Assembly (NCBI RefSeq): GCF_006345805.1
Contig: NC_043001.1
Coordinates: 36,704,001-36,768,000 of the forward strand
Origin: Octopus sinensis
Lineage: Eukaryota
Length of the DNA stretch: 64,000 nucleotides
Reading direction: 5' to 3'
In this document: piece after piece, positions 51,136 through 64,000 of the stretch
Position numbering within the stretch: the stretch's first letter is position 1
Layout: each line of letters begins with the position of its first letter
Program-made: the position numbers and the translations under genes
Notes under the pieces: generated by a model
The model's database searches: none
What the model was told of the DNA's origin: nothing
Seen by the model: only the letters and a program-made list of their open reading frames with translations

Positions 51136-51405
51136 CACATATATCTTTTACTTGTTACAGTCATTAGACTGCCGTTATACTGGTCGTCAAGCAGTGTAGT
51201 GGAGGACAAACGCAAGCACAAAGGCACACGTACGTCTCGTGTGTGTGTGTGTGTAATTATTTAAGTATTGGGTATGTACCTAGTAGTTACCCAACGAAGG
51301 ACGCTCGCTGTCTATGGCTACCTGATGTCATCAATTGTATTTACTCAATTGTCTCTAGATCTACCTCAAGAATTCCTCAGTATTCGTTGAGTTAATAACA
51401 AATAA

Positions 51406-51688
51406 TAGAGATGGTAAATGGAATATTCGAGAAACTTTATTGCTCACAACGATCGTTTCGACCCATCGTTCATTGATCCCTAACGGGTAGGATACTGTAC
51501 AGCTGGCTCTGATGCATCCTTCGATCAGAAGCGTCTCATGACGAGGAATCTCGTTAAATAAACCTTGTTTATACATCATACAATTAATGACCATAATATT
51601 AAACCATTGAGCAGGAATGGCGAGGGACAGGGTCAAAACGATCATTGTGAGCAATAAAGTGTCTCATATATTCCATTTTCCGTCTCTA
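51406..51688 (-). mobile_element. 5'-truncated PLE with inverted terminal repeat (59-bp arms)
   Basis: 51406-51464 versus the reverse complement of 51630-51688: 7 mismatches; the spacer encodes LLIEGCIR...YPLGINERW on the minus strand (PLE PxG(L/I)N-like C-terminus). Confidence 0.75.
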
Positions 51689-52112
51689 GTGGCTGTGTGG
51701 TAAGTTATGGGCACAGGAGTGGCTGTGTGGTATGTGGCTTGCTTACCAGCCACATGGTTCCGGGTTCAGTCCCACTGCGTGGCACCTTGCGCAAATGTCT
51801 TCTACTATAGCCTCAGGCCGACCAAAGCCTTGTGAATGGTTTTGGTAGATGGAAACAAAGAATTACATCATATATATGTATATGTATACATATGTATCTG
51901 TGTGTATATGTTTGTGTATCTGTGTTTATCTCCCCAAAATCGCTAGACAACCGATGCTGGGGAGTTTACGTCCCCGTAACTTAGCGGTCCGGCAAAAAAA
52001 ACCGATAGAATAAGTACTAGGCTTACAAAGAATAAGTCCTGGGGTCGATTTGCTCAACTAAAGGCGTTGCTCCAGCATGGCCGCAGTCAAATGACTGAAA
52101 TAAGTAAAAGAG
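51688..52112 (+). mobile_element. group A SINE with a short duplicated head
   Basis: agtggctgtgtggta occurs twice at the 5' end; the remainder matches 393-820. Confidence 0.92.
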
Positions 52113-52792
52113 TATATATACTTATTACTTTGCAGGGACATATTATCCACGAGGATAACGTGTTTGCTCTCGGTTTGGTTCCAGATGCCGGCTAACAGAG
52201 CGGTCTGTATTCGATGCCCGTGCTTACAAGAAGTCGTTAAACATGGGTAAACGTTTTCGTTTGGTAATTCTGTGTGTCCTACTCATGTCGGTAATGGTTC
52301 CATAGAGTGGAAAATAAAACTAATGATAACGAGTATTGATATTTGCACATCGATAACTTATTTTAGAATTATCTACTGCATATTACCATGACCTACACGG
52401 ATTTTCATTGCAGCGACTGTACACTGTTGCTCAACCTACAACTGCGGCAGGGGTGAGCTCTAGTTTAAGTTCCTCTAAATAGCAACACCTCTACCTTCTG
52501 CTGAAGGCTAAACAAGAAACACTTTCTTCGTCCAGTATTATTCGAACCAGTCCTAAGATAAAGACCTTTTAGAATCTGCACTGACAATATTGCAAGGTTG
52601 TAGCTGCAGCAGTGTGCAGTTGCTGCAGTGGAAACACGTGTAGGACATGTTATTATGGAGTAGGCAATTGTATAATATATTATTGATACCCAAATCTCCA
52701 TTATCATTATTATTAATAATGTTACATATATATACATATACAAATATATATATACATATATATGTACACGCATACACATTACATTCGCCATG

Positions 52793-52986
52793 ATAAATCG
52801 GTAGCCACTGCACACATTTTTTTCTCTCCTTGTTTCTCTCCGTGTTTCAGTCTGTGTTCCTTTCTGTCGAAGAGTGTAGGCTCGAAACGTTAAATACTTT
52901 TTCAATTCCTGAGCGTTATACTAATACATCTGTTTGTTTTCTACTCCCCCTGCCTTCGACTTGTTTTTGTTTCGTGAATTCTCCCT
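52793..52986 (+). mobile_element. family H solo terminal repeat with variant hammerhead
   Basis: cttt-CTGTCGA-a-gagt gtag gctc-GAAA-CGT-T-aaat at 52860-52895; ends ctccc(ta)n. Confidence 0.8.
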
Positions 52987-53941
52987 ATATATATATATAT
53001 ATATATATGGATGAATGTATGTATATGCATGAATATATATATGGATGAAAGTATGTATATGCATAGGAAGGCCTTCTTTCAGTTTCCGTCTACCAAGTCC
53101 ACTCTCAATGACTCGTCCTCGTTAAACTAGTGAAATTTTTATATTATTTACACGCACTCACACGCTCACGCGCACGTATGCACGCGCACACACATGCATA
53201 CATATTCTTTTACGAAATAATTGGTGCGGTGCCTAATCATAATTAGTCGTCACCAATTATACGTCTTTAATGTCATAATTTCATAGTAAGAGAGGGTTAT
53301 TTGTTTCGTTGCTTAGTTTAGCATATATACTTTTTAAATATTATTTTTGCAACCAAAAGTGATTTTGGATTACAGCGGAATTAGCAATAATTCAAAAACA
53401 TAGCAAGAGATAAACGATTTCCCGCCGAGATGTGGTATGGAAACGACTAAAGTATATGTATCGAAATACATATATAAAAGCAGCGACTCAGATTTTAGGG
53501 GCGGAAAACCGTGTATTTTTTATACGGCCAATTGATAATGGTAAACATGTGTCGAGACTTTAGAATGTAATACAACTTACCAACTAATATAGGCATGTAC
53601 GTATTATAGATATATTCTCGCCATGTATACGGCTATGATATGACGATGCGATATGATATGACATTTATGTGTGAGTGTGTATGTATGTGTCTGTGTGCAT
53701 GCATGTATACGTATATGTATATATATATTCATATATATATATATATATATATATACACGCGTGTACACACCCAACAGCTTTGTAAATTTGTACTATATAT
53801 ATATATATATATATACATTTATTCATTGACACATGTATATATATAAATATGCATATGTGCATGTGAATACGTTTATAGATAGGTGTATGTATATATATAT
53901 ATTTGTATTTGTAGATATATCTAATGTATATATATATATAT

Positions 53942-53972
<31 letters not shown>

Positions 53973-54042
53973 CATACATACATACATACGTATATGCATA
54001 CATACATACATGCATTCATATATACATACATGCATACATACG

Positions 54043-54092
<50 letters not shown>

Positions 54093-54207
54093 ATATTATA
54101 TATATATATATATTATATATATATATATTATATATATATATATGTATGTGTATATATATTATGTATGTATATGTATATATACATTTATATATATATGTGT
54201 GTGTATG

Positions 54208-54271
<64 letters not shown>

Positions 54272-54279
54272 AACAGAAA

Positions 54280-55200
54280 CGCAATAAAGGGCATTAAAGC
54301 GTTTGGACAGTTAGACGATACAAATGCGAACAAGAGAAACAATTGGAAGAACAGGCAAAAATAGACGGGTCCTTCGTGGCTTTCTTTCATCAGTCAAGTT
54401 GCTGAAGTCACGACCATTTCGGGCATTTATAATTGAGATGGTTCGATCTGGTTGCTCCCCAAAAAGTCTAAGCTAAGAGTATTAGGCCCCTTTGTAAGAA
54501 AGCCAGCGAATGTATAAGGCAACAAAGACAAAACAAAACATACTAAATATCGGAGAACATTGTACACAATTACGAATACAAACAACAAGTAATAACAACA
54601 GGGGTCTTTCGACTGAGAACGAATCAAATTGAGTTGGCATGTATGAAGTGAAAGCCTAAAGGTAGGAACATGGGAGATGGACACAAGAGGTGTTGGCGGT
54701 CGGCAGTCAGGCCAAGAAAGAAAGATCATGGCTGGCCGGACACCGGTCACATGGAAGGATGAGAGATTGGTAGGGGACAGCGGGATTGAAGGATTATAAA
54801 AAAAATCAGAGACAAAGAAAAGAGTACAGGGGAGATAAACAAGTGGGAAATAGTGGGAGCTAAAGAAAGAGAGGTCCAAGAAATGTGAATGGTATACAAT
54901 TCTGAGTTTTGCACGTTTAGGTGTTTCTTTATTGAAGTGTCCGTGTGCATGTGTTCTTTTATACAGATGTGCAATTTACTAGTGGTACACCTGATGCAGG
55001 ATGCTCCATATTTAATGCAGACTACTCTGTATACGCATAGGCCCACAAGTATATGTTGATGTCCTTGATTAGACAGTTGGTTAGTGTGCATCCCACGATA
55101 TTTTCTGTGATAATTTTCCTCGACAGAAATTTCCTCAGGTTCGGGCTGGTGTGGACCACCCTGTATCTTGAGTTCCTGCCTGCGGATCACATGTTCTATA
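54280..55200 (-). mobile_element. second PLE relic with degraded GIY-YIG domain
   Basis: Minus frame CVYRVVCIKYGASCIRCTTSKLHICIKEHMHTDTSIKKHL (cf. VVYKF.C..C.ASYIG.T.R.L..RIKEH), followed by a 3' UTR and a terminal repeat shared with the 36.2-kb and 40.9-kb copies. Confidence 0.7.
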
Positions 55201-55789
55201 GCTGGTATATATACACACATACATACATCATACATACATACATACATACATACATACATACATACATACACACATACATACATACACACACACATACATA
55301 CATACATACATACATACATACATACATACATACATACATACATACACATACATACATACATACATACATACATACATACATACATACATACATACATACA
55401 TACATACATACATACATACATACATACATACATACATACATACATACTGTTATGTCGCACGTTCGGATGACCTCTACACAACTCTGCTCTTCTCTATCGC
55501 TACTCAACGACGTCTAGACTTCTCCCTATATATCTACGTATTGGGCTAGCCTACCTCATCGTCTGGGGTCGTACACACCACACATACATACATAGATGTG
55601 TGTGTGTGCGCGTGTGTGTGTGTGTGTGTGTTTGTGTGTGTGTGTGCATGTGTGTGTGCATGTGTGTGTGCATGTGTGTGTGTGTGTTGATGTATATGTA
55701 TATAGTCCGTTCCTGCTGAGCCGATTTGGCCTCTTTCATTCTCTTTAGTACCCCGTCTAATTTACTGAGGGCAATCTAAGGCTCTTGTA

Positions 55790-56904
55790 ATATTGTTGTA
55801 TTACTACAGCATGGGCTTACGTGTACTTCTTATACTGACAGTATATATAGTTTGCTCGTTCGACTCCAGGCTACTCGTAGACGGGAACATAGATTTTATT
55901 ACCGCATCGCCACCTACGATGAGAAATTATGTACTTACATGAATAGGAGTAAGGCACGTGGCTTAGTGCTTAAGGTATTCGGTTCACGATCGTAAGGCCT
56001 TGAGTTTAATTCTCGTCGACGCGTTTTGTTCTTGAGCAAGATACTTTATTTCACGTTGCTCCTGTTCACTCAGCTGGCAAAAATGAGAAGTACCTCTATT
56101 GCAAAGAGCCAGCTTTGTCACATTCTGTGTCACGCTGAATCTCCCTGAGAACTACGTTAAGGGTACATGTGGTCTATGGAGTGTTCAGCCACTTGCGCGT
56201 TAATTTTACGAGTAGGCTGTTCCATTGATTGGATGAACTGGAACCCCCGTCGTCGTAACCGAATGAGTGCCAGTTTTACATGAATATGAAGCAGAGGAAA
56301 AGACGGCTAAATCCTGACAAGTAAGCAACACCTCGAGACAATCCTGAGTTGCAATTACGCATGACGATGATTTGTGTTTGGTGGTATTGAGAAGGGCTAA
56401 TACACCAGGAACTGCTAGTAAAAAACACACGGTCATTGAAAAGTTTTACGTTCGACATATTCACCGCCTAAACGAGGCAATACAGCTGAACGACCCGACC
56501 AGTGAAACGGCGTACTTCTTCAATACGACAATACTTAAATAGCCTCCATTTTGTTCTATAATGAAAAATGCAATTTAAGTTCTCGGTTGAGAAGTTCTAC
56601 CGCGCTCAATCTATTTGCCAGACATTCTACCTTCATATTATTACTTTTTCGCTCTCTCTTCCACAGCCTACGAGGCGTTTCGTTCAACAGTCACGTGAAG
56701 CAGAAAACGTGGTTAGTTGAATTCTTCGAATTAAGACCTGGCGGTTTCTATCGCCAAGGTGTCGACAAGCTAGGGGAAAGCTGACAAGAAATTGTGAAAC
56801 TATGAAGGAAAATATAATATCGACTGAGTTGTTAAAATTGTTGATGTAAAATAAGTATTGAAATTAATGGAAAGTTACGCTGGGATTTATCTGACAACCA
56901 ACTA
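55790..56904 (+). pseudogene. third mariner relic (5'-truncated), split by a SINE
   Basis: SLLVR...RFL(fs)RIATYDEK...NMKQRK | MICVWWY*EG...RLNEAIQL...YDN...LPDILPSYYYFFRSL...FFELRPGGFYRQGVDKL; right-TIR-like ggatttatctgacaacca near 56900. Confidence 0.85.
55946..56275 (+). mobile_element. group B SINE (different tail) inserted in the mariner relic, 11-bp TSD
   Basis: TSD ttacatgaata at 55935-55945 and 56276-56286; tRNA-like head; cttgagcaagatactttatttcacgttgc core. Confidence 0.9.
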
Positions 56905-57702
56905 CGTATATGCATGTTTATATATACACGGCAATATTTCGCATAACGATCTCCCGCATAAACACAGCCTGAGTTCGTGATACTTGTTTAAAACTTTATT
57001 CAAATTAGAAGCTAATAATTCATCAAAATAATTAATCAAAATAAATTCTAGATATTCATAATGCTTGTTTTAAAGGTTTAATTACTACAGTGGGCCTCGA
57101 TAATACTTGCGTAGAGGGAAGGTTGTGCCGTCGCTCAATCATTCATTTAGTTCACATGTTGACGTTTTGCGCAGGGACTGCATTTACACTCTCTTCGCTA
57201 CTACATCGACTTTCTCTCCTTCCAATAATGATTGCTAATTTAGCTAATTTATAGCTTGATTTAGCGTATTCTAAAACAACGTAGCTAATGAAAATAGTCA
57301 CCTAGCTGATACCTAAATTCTAGTTGATTTTAAAATTAACGTAGTGTATTCAAGATCATTTATAATTATAATTAATTAACCTAATGACACTGCATGAGAA
57401 AATGGCTTGCCAATTTAAAGACCAATTACGTTTGGCAACATTGGTATAGCCATAACAGTTGTTAGAGTTTAAATGACGTTGAGGTTAGATGAACGCCTGC
57501 AGCCCTAGGTCAATAATCGAGTATGTAAGCCTTATTGGCTCCTAATTCGCCTTGCCTCTCACCTAAAGGAAACCTAAATTAACTTCCCTTTTACAATGTT
57601 ACAAAGTGAAACTTAAAAGTTAAATTATAGTTCAGCTAAACACGTATTGAAGTAACATTTTCTTTTTAAAAAAGAAGGAATCCATAATCTTATTTACGCT
57701 TT

Positions 57703-57870
57703 TCTTCTCTAGGCACGAGGCCCGAAATTTTGTGGGAGGGGGCCAGTCATTTAGATCGAACCCAGTACGCAACTGGTACTTAATTTATCGACCCCGAAAG
57801 GATGAAAGGCAAAGTCGACCTCGGCGGAATTTAAACTTAGAACGTAAAGACAGACGAAATACCACTAAGC
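57703..57870 (-). mobile_element. group C SINE, head-truncated
   Basis: Closely matches 31086-31292. Confidence 0.88.
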
Positions 57871-58964
57871 ACAAGACGACCATCTAGGAGAAATCTTCCA
57901 GAATATCTACGTGAATGCATCCTATTTTCCTTGCTGTATGTATGACTTTAAAAATGTAACATTTATACTTATAAACCAGCCGTCTCCTTTACTTTAGTAG
58001 GAACACAAATTAGCAAACCACCAGAAAGAGGTTCATATTTTTCGAGAGTCCATGGACAGGTCTATCACAGAACATCTAGTATACAACCTGTAAATCAAGA
58101 ACGAGACACTGCACCTAACTATAGATCAATGCAATACTTATTAACAACAAAACTATTGCATACTGTGTGAGAAATAATGCAGAATTTGGATTTGATGTTA
58201 AGGAAAATTAATACTCATGAGCAGTAAATCAATCTTTGGATGAAGTGGAAACGAAGTTACAGCATTCTGACCTGAATATGGCGTTCCGAAGAGATAGAAA
58301 TGATGATAGAATTTTCAGCCTTTCAACTGTTGACTACAGTGGAGTCGTGCCTCTGTTTGAAAGACATTTTTGTGCCTACACTAAATATCCAACAACAAAC
58401 TTCAATATTTTGAATCTTAATCCTAATTTTTATCCGAAGGTTTATTCTTTGATATTACTGGTATTTTAAAGTTATCACTACATGTTTTCTATACAATGTA
58501 AAGCTAGCACTGAATATTACGACGTTTCGCATACTAACAGATCAATGTTAACAATGCGATAGAAGACGATAACTAGATAATAGATGTACATGCACCACAT
58601 CCATCCCTTATCGGCACCACGTCCAACCCACTGACCATCTCCGGAAACATTGTTTAAAATAGCCACCACGTTTAGCGATGTGCCACGTTTGGATAGACCA
58701 ATTTACGAATCAAACACATTCTTGGCAACTGGTTCGTACATATTAATTGCTGGTGGGGAATATTATTTTGTCTTGCAACAATAACATACCACCGATTATA
58801 TTACAAGTTGATAGGTCTATACTGTGTACTATTTTTTGCGTTAGCAGTGCGATACACTCACACTCTACAAATTTTCTGAAGATATAATTTAAAAGTGACA
58901 CGAAATATTGTGACTTTGAGTGGCTAGCTCTAAATTCTATAGAAAGCTTGTAGAAATAACTTAA

Positions 58965-59012
58965 GAGTTCATGATTGCGAGCCCGGTGCACTAACCACTG
59001 AGCCATGCGCAT
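58965..59012 (-). mobile_element. group B SINE head fragment
   Basis: Reverse complement atgcgcatggctcagtggttag matches the head at 60922. Confidence 0.65.
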
Positions 59013-60921
59013 TTACAGCCTAGATAATATGGTTCTAGATGTTTTTACAAATATGATTGTCATAATAGTAGTTCCATTGGTCATATATCTGCTCTGATAT
59101 GACTAACTTTATGCTGAACATCACCAATCAGCCAGCCAACCAACCTACATCACACAGCTAACACAAATAATAGGACACAGTATTGACTTATAAATTTTTA
59201 TTATACTTGGTCGTACATCATGGTTGAAAAACGAAATACGCTCTCCTTACCAGTGATTGATATTATAGTTGTTATTATGTTCGAGCATTGCTCAATAATA
59301 GATTTATATCAACTATTTGTTGCTCAAAGCAGGGTGGATCTGGCTACCAGACGAGTCCGTCATAATGATCGCTCTACCACTCTTAATAATGAGATTGGAC
59401 GGACAGTTTCTTTCTGTTTAATGCTATGTCGAAAGACTGTGGAACGGACGCGGCTGTAAGGAATAAAGGCATATTCCTTCTTCTTCAATCAAGCTCTGTT
59501 CAATATTTTCTAGTTCAACTTGGTAGAAAAGTGAGGGCGGAGAGAAATGTGCTCTCTTGCAATGAATTACGGGACTCTGGCGAAAATGGTTGAGGTTAAC
59601 GGAAATTCTCTAATCAAGCCTGTTGATCGGAGAACAACAATTGAAAGAAAGTACGTCCTCTTGGTGGTCATGGTGATCTTTGGTCAGCGTTGTTCTTTGA
59701 TTGGCCTTAGTTAGAGGTTCATCTGTATCAAGAGAGCACAAAGGGAGGGTGCCAGTGAAAGACGAATTACTCTGGAGAAGAGGATCAAACTATATGATCA
59801 AGATGCAAAACCGGCAAGTTTTAAAAGAACGTCAGTCAAATTTCCACACTAAAAAATAAATTTAGAATTATTCTGTATAGAGAAAAAAAATTTCAGCAAT
59901 GATTTCTATCTTCATTCGTAAGCAAATAACGTCGATCTTATCAGAACATAACAGAGCAAATTATTAGTAGACATGTATAGAGGAATCGGTGATCATTTAG
60001 CAAAAGTTCTAAATAATTGAGGAAGGCGAGTTGAAAGAACTGTAATTCTACTCTCCGGATTTCGACGATCACCAAGAAATACGAGAAAACTTTATAACTG
60101 ATGCATTAGTGAATTTTGATCACGTGGGTGCACTAGATTATACATACTAGAGCTGTATGTATGTATAAAAAAAAAACAGAAAGTAAGAGACAGTTCGCGA
60201 CAAGCATATTCATACATGTGTGCATAAGTGTAAATGTGTGCCTCTGTGTACATACAAACGAAGATACAAACATATATGCGTGTATATGTATGTATATATG
60301 TATGTATGTATTTATGTATGTATGTATGTACGGAAAGAGATGGAAGAGAAGTGTGTGAAAGAAAGTAACAAAGAAACAAGAAATATATAATGTTGGCAGC
60401 GAGTCTATTGGGAGGCTTTAATACATCCATCGGTGCACACTTGATACTTACAGTTAATTAGTAATTCCACAAAGGAAACGAGAAAGTATGAAGATTAATT
60501 GTTTAGGGAGCAACGGAAAGTTAATATTTCAAAGAGAAGCTATGATGAGAGTTTGTAATCGTGAGAAGAAACTGGTTGACTATGTTTACGATTCAACTAA
60601 AGAAATTTGATCGCCAAGGAAAAGAAATGAAGGTTGATAATTGTGCATAAAATATTAATTAAATAGATAAAGAATGGTAGAGAATTGGTTATGTAAGTAA
60701 AGAACAAGCATGGATTATGTATTATGTATCACCTTAATTAACTGTGAATTTAAAGAGCTGGTTGGTAGGTAGGTTGGTTGGTTGGTTGGTTGGTTGGTTG
60801 GTTGGTTGGTTGGTTGGTTGGTGATGTTCAGCGTAAAGTTAGTTCTATCAGAGCAGATATATGACCAATGTAACTCCTATTATGACAAAGAACATCTAGA
60901 ACCATATTACCTAGGCTGTAA

Positions 60922-61241
60922 ATGCGCATGGCTCAGTGGTCAGAGCGGCGGGCTTGCAAACGTGAAGCTGTGAGTTCGATTCCCAGACCGAGCTGTGTGT
61001 TGCGTTCTTTGAGTAAGACCCTATATTTCACGTTGCTTCAGTTCACTCAGCTGTAGAAATGAGTTGTGACGTCACTGGTGCCACGCTGTATTGGCCTTGG
61101 ACAACATCAGTGGCGTGGAGAGAGAAAGCTTGTATGCATGGGTAACTGATGTTCTTCCACAAACAACCTTGCCCCGACTAATGTCTTGGTAGGGAACTTT
61201 TTAGGTGCAATCCCATGGTCATTCGTAACCGAAGGTTGTCT
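60922..61241 (+). mobile_element. group B SINE (third tail type)
   Basis: tggctcagtgg ... gagttcgattcc head, the same ttcacgttgc...cactcagctg core as 55946-56275, and a different 3' end. Confidence 0.88.
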
Positions 61242-61864
61242 ATACGTTTTGTATTGCTTAGCGTGACCTTATCTTAATGACATTGAGAATATGATTCGAC
61301 GAAGATAAATATGTCATTTCTTGCTGTTTGAGCGACCAGTGAGAGATTCCATCGCTGGATCGTTGATATATATATATATGGGTCACTTGTATTTCTCTTC
61401 ATCGTAAAGTCTGTATAGCATAAAGGTGTTGTCAAAATTTTCGGAAGATGAACAAATGTACGGTTAGCCTGTTTCAATGTATCTTAGCTACAGGTGTTAC
61501 CGTTGTTTAGCCTTGACCGAGAAGAAATATGATCAAAATTATTCCAACCACGACCAATAACTCTACTTTCGGACATGATGAATTTATCCCCCATTTTACC
61601 CATCAAATCCACTTCCTGATTTTTTTTTTCAGAGACGTATTTCTGGGTAGAATATAGTAGCAATTATGCTGCTCAAAGAATGTTTTGGGATTCATCTATC
61701 CTTAACTTCATAGACATCTACTATGTTTGGCCAACGCATATCTTGGAAACTGTCAAATAGGAACGAATGTCTTGAACCTGTCATACATGAAACCCAGATT
61801 GGAATGATGTTCGCAGGTAATATATGCTTTAAAAACTTCACTAAAATATACATATACGTAGATT

Positions 61865-61906
<42 letters not shown>

Positions 61907-61908
61907 CA

Positions 61909-62095
61909 ATCGCCATGATAGATCGCTAGCCACTACACATTCTTTATTTTCTCTCCTTGTTTCTTTCTGTGTTCCTTTCTCGAAACGTTAAAGACTTTTT
62001 CACTTCCCGGGCGTTATACTAACACATCTGTTTGTTGTCTACACCACCTGTCTTCGTCTTCAGTTTTTATTTGGGTCCTAATTCTAAACTAAGGA
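61909..62095 (+). mobile_element. family H solo terminal repeat with the hammerhead core deleted
   Basis: Matches 52793-52986 and 43713-44182 but reads cctttct|cgaaacgtt. Confidence 0.82.
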
Positions 62096-62222
62096 AAAAC
62101 CTTCATATTTCTCTCAAATGTTATAGACACCATGATGAAAAGACATGGATGGTGCCTCTCTCTGAATTAGTCATTACACATTTATTTAAAAAAAAAAAAT
62201 ATGTATATATGTATGTATGTAG

Positions 62223-62259
<37 letters not shown>

Positions 62260-63466
62260 TATTAGCAACCGAGGCATTATTAATACCGAGAAGTAATATA
62301 TATCCCCCCCCTTATGTTCTGTTAGAACACACTATACTGAGGTAGATAACATGACAGAATCTCTCTTATTGGCTTTTGGTGCAAAATGCACTTTTGTTTA
62401 TATAAATCCCCGACACCTCCAACGAAGAGATCACCAGGTTTATTCTGTTTATCAACGCTTTACAGCAGAATGACTGAGTCACTGAAACAAAAAGACAAAC
62501 AAATTATAGCAACTTTAAAAAAACGTACTTTTGCAATATTGAAGCCTGCTTCCGTTAAAGTAACGTCTTTTAAAATTTTATCTATTGACGGATTCAAAAT
62601 AATTACTAAAAGTAAGTCGAAAGAATAGATAAACAAGAAATAATATAACTGGGAAGACTAGCGACTTTAATATAATTGGAAAGACTAGAGACATAAAAAA
62701 GTAGTATATTTCTTTTTATTTCATTTTATCTCTGCATCAATTAACGTTATATTAAATTATCTCATTTGAACGTTTTGATCTTAATTTAATTCATTTTAAT
62801 GATTTAATCTGGGGCCAAGGTCAATATCTATGACCTTTCCTCCCCGAGGTTTTAAGGTGGACGAAAATAACAATTTATCAACAATGGATACCAGATCCGA
62901 ATGCTTGGTACTGGGTAGACTTCGCCAAAGGCATCCCCAGGACTGTTGTGTGATGTATAACGCTGAAGAGGTGGTCATTAAGGCAACTTTGATCAACGAG
63001 ACCAATGATCAAAGACGTTGCAGTCGTGACTCTCCATTTTCTTCCTAGAACCGGCTACCAAGGATTACATTATCTTCCGTGTTCTTTCTTTTTCTAGGAC
63101 AACGGGAAGTGATTTTAAAGACAATTCTGTTACTATTTCTTGTGAGTTAGGCAAATGAGTCTGCATCAAAAAGATTCTGTCGTTAACTGGTGATGACGCT
63201 AATGACGATGACGAGGAGGAGGAGGAGGGGGAGGGGGAGGAGGAAAACGTATTTCAACACAAATCATTATTCCGAGTGTCATGTTATGATCGACAAATGG
63301 CAGTATTGAGTAGAGCAAGAAAAGGCCAGAAAACATTATGTAACATACTTAAAATATCAAATTTTAACAAGTTTTGACAGTATAACAAAGCTGTTAGAAA
63401 TAGTTCGTTAAAATCCAACTTTCGACACAAGGGCTACGGTCAACTATGTATAGAAAAATGATAATT

Positions 63467-63660
63467 TCTTACATAGGTACAAGGCCAGATATTTGGATGG
63501 TGATATTAATCTATTGTATTAAACCGAGTAGATGATGGGCATATATTTCATCGACCTCAAAAAGATGAGAGGCTAATTTGAACGCAGGGGCTTAACATTT
63601 GAACTGAGAATGTAAACAGGCGGAAAAACTCCGCAAAATCATTTCCTCTGACGCTCATAG
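63467..63660 (-). mobile_element. very degenerate group C SINE
   Basis: ggtacaaggcc ... tttcatcgacc ... tttgaactgagaatgtaaa aligns loosely with 31086-31292. Confidence 0.5.
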
Positions 63661-63755
63661 AAAATGTACGTTGTTCAAATTGGATATATTGTTGCACCTT
63701 GGAAGATTCATAAGGGCAATGAGAATAACACAGGCACAGTTTCAATATATGTGAG

Positions 63756-63818
<63 letters not shown>

Positions 63819-63896
63819 TGTGTATGTGTGTGTGTACACACATGCACATGTATGCATATATGTATCTATTTATATATAAATATTATTACAAAGATG

Positions 63897-63934
<38 letters not shown>

Positions 63935-64000
63935 GGCATATATATATTATTCATATATATATATGTATGTATATATGTGTCTATATACATATAATAGATA

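Noticed and set aside
59200-59830. Tc1/pogo-like transposase remnants (RRITLEKRIKL...)
   Set aside because: Only a few residues of similarity, with no TIRs or catalytic motifs.

Overview
AT-rich eukaryotic non-coding DNA saturated with microsatellites: (TA)n, (CA)n, (CATA)n, (GATA)n, (TAA)n and (CTT)n. The SINE families and repeat landscape match what I recall of octopod cephalopod (Octopus-like) genomes; this assignment is an inference, not a database result. I can support no intact host protein-coding gene, rRNA, true tRNA or CRISPR array, and nearly all ORFs in the supplied track are translations of simple repeats. What is supported: (i) about 20 tRNA-derived SINE copies in three groups, several with target-site duplications (TSDs); (ii) three mariner relics, one full length (1281 bp, 27-bp TIRs, TA TSD, mellifera-like transposase); (iii) CR1-clade, R4/Dong-like and possibly RTE LINE fragments; (iv) a 118-bp tandem array of about 7 copies; (v) a 1.2-kb GC-rich trinucleotide mosaic; and (vi) many Penelope-like element (PLE) relics. 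The PLE relics include two GIY-YIG endonuclease remnants, solo terminal repeats, four inverted terminal-repeat pairs, and more than a dozen minimal hammerhead-ribozyme-like motifs. Each hammerhead family has its own palindromic stem III, and some carry U3-A8 or U6 core variants. PLE-linked dimeric hammerheads are known in general; their density, family-specific palindromes and core variants here are the most interesting signal.
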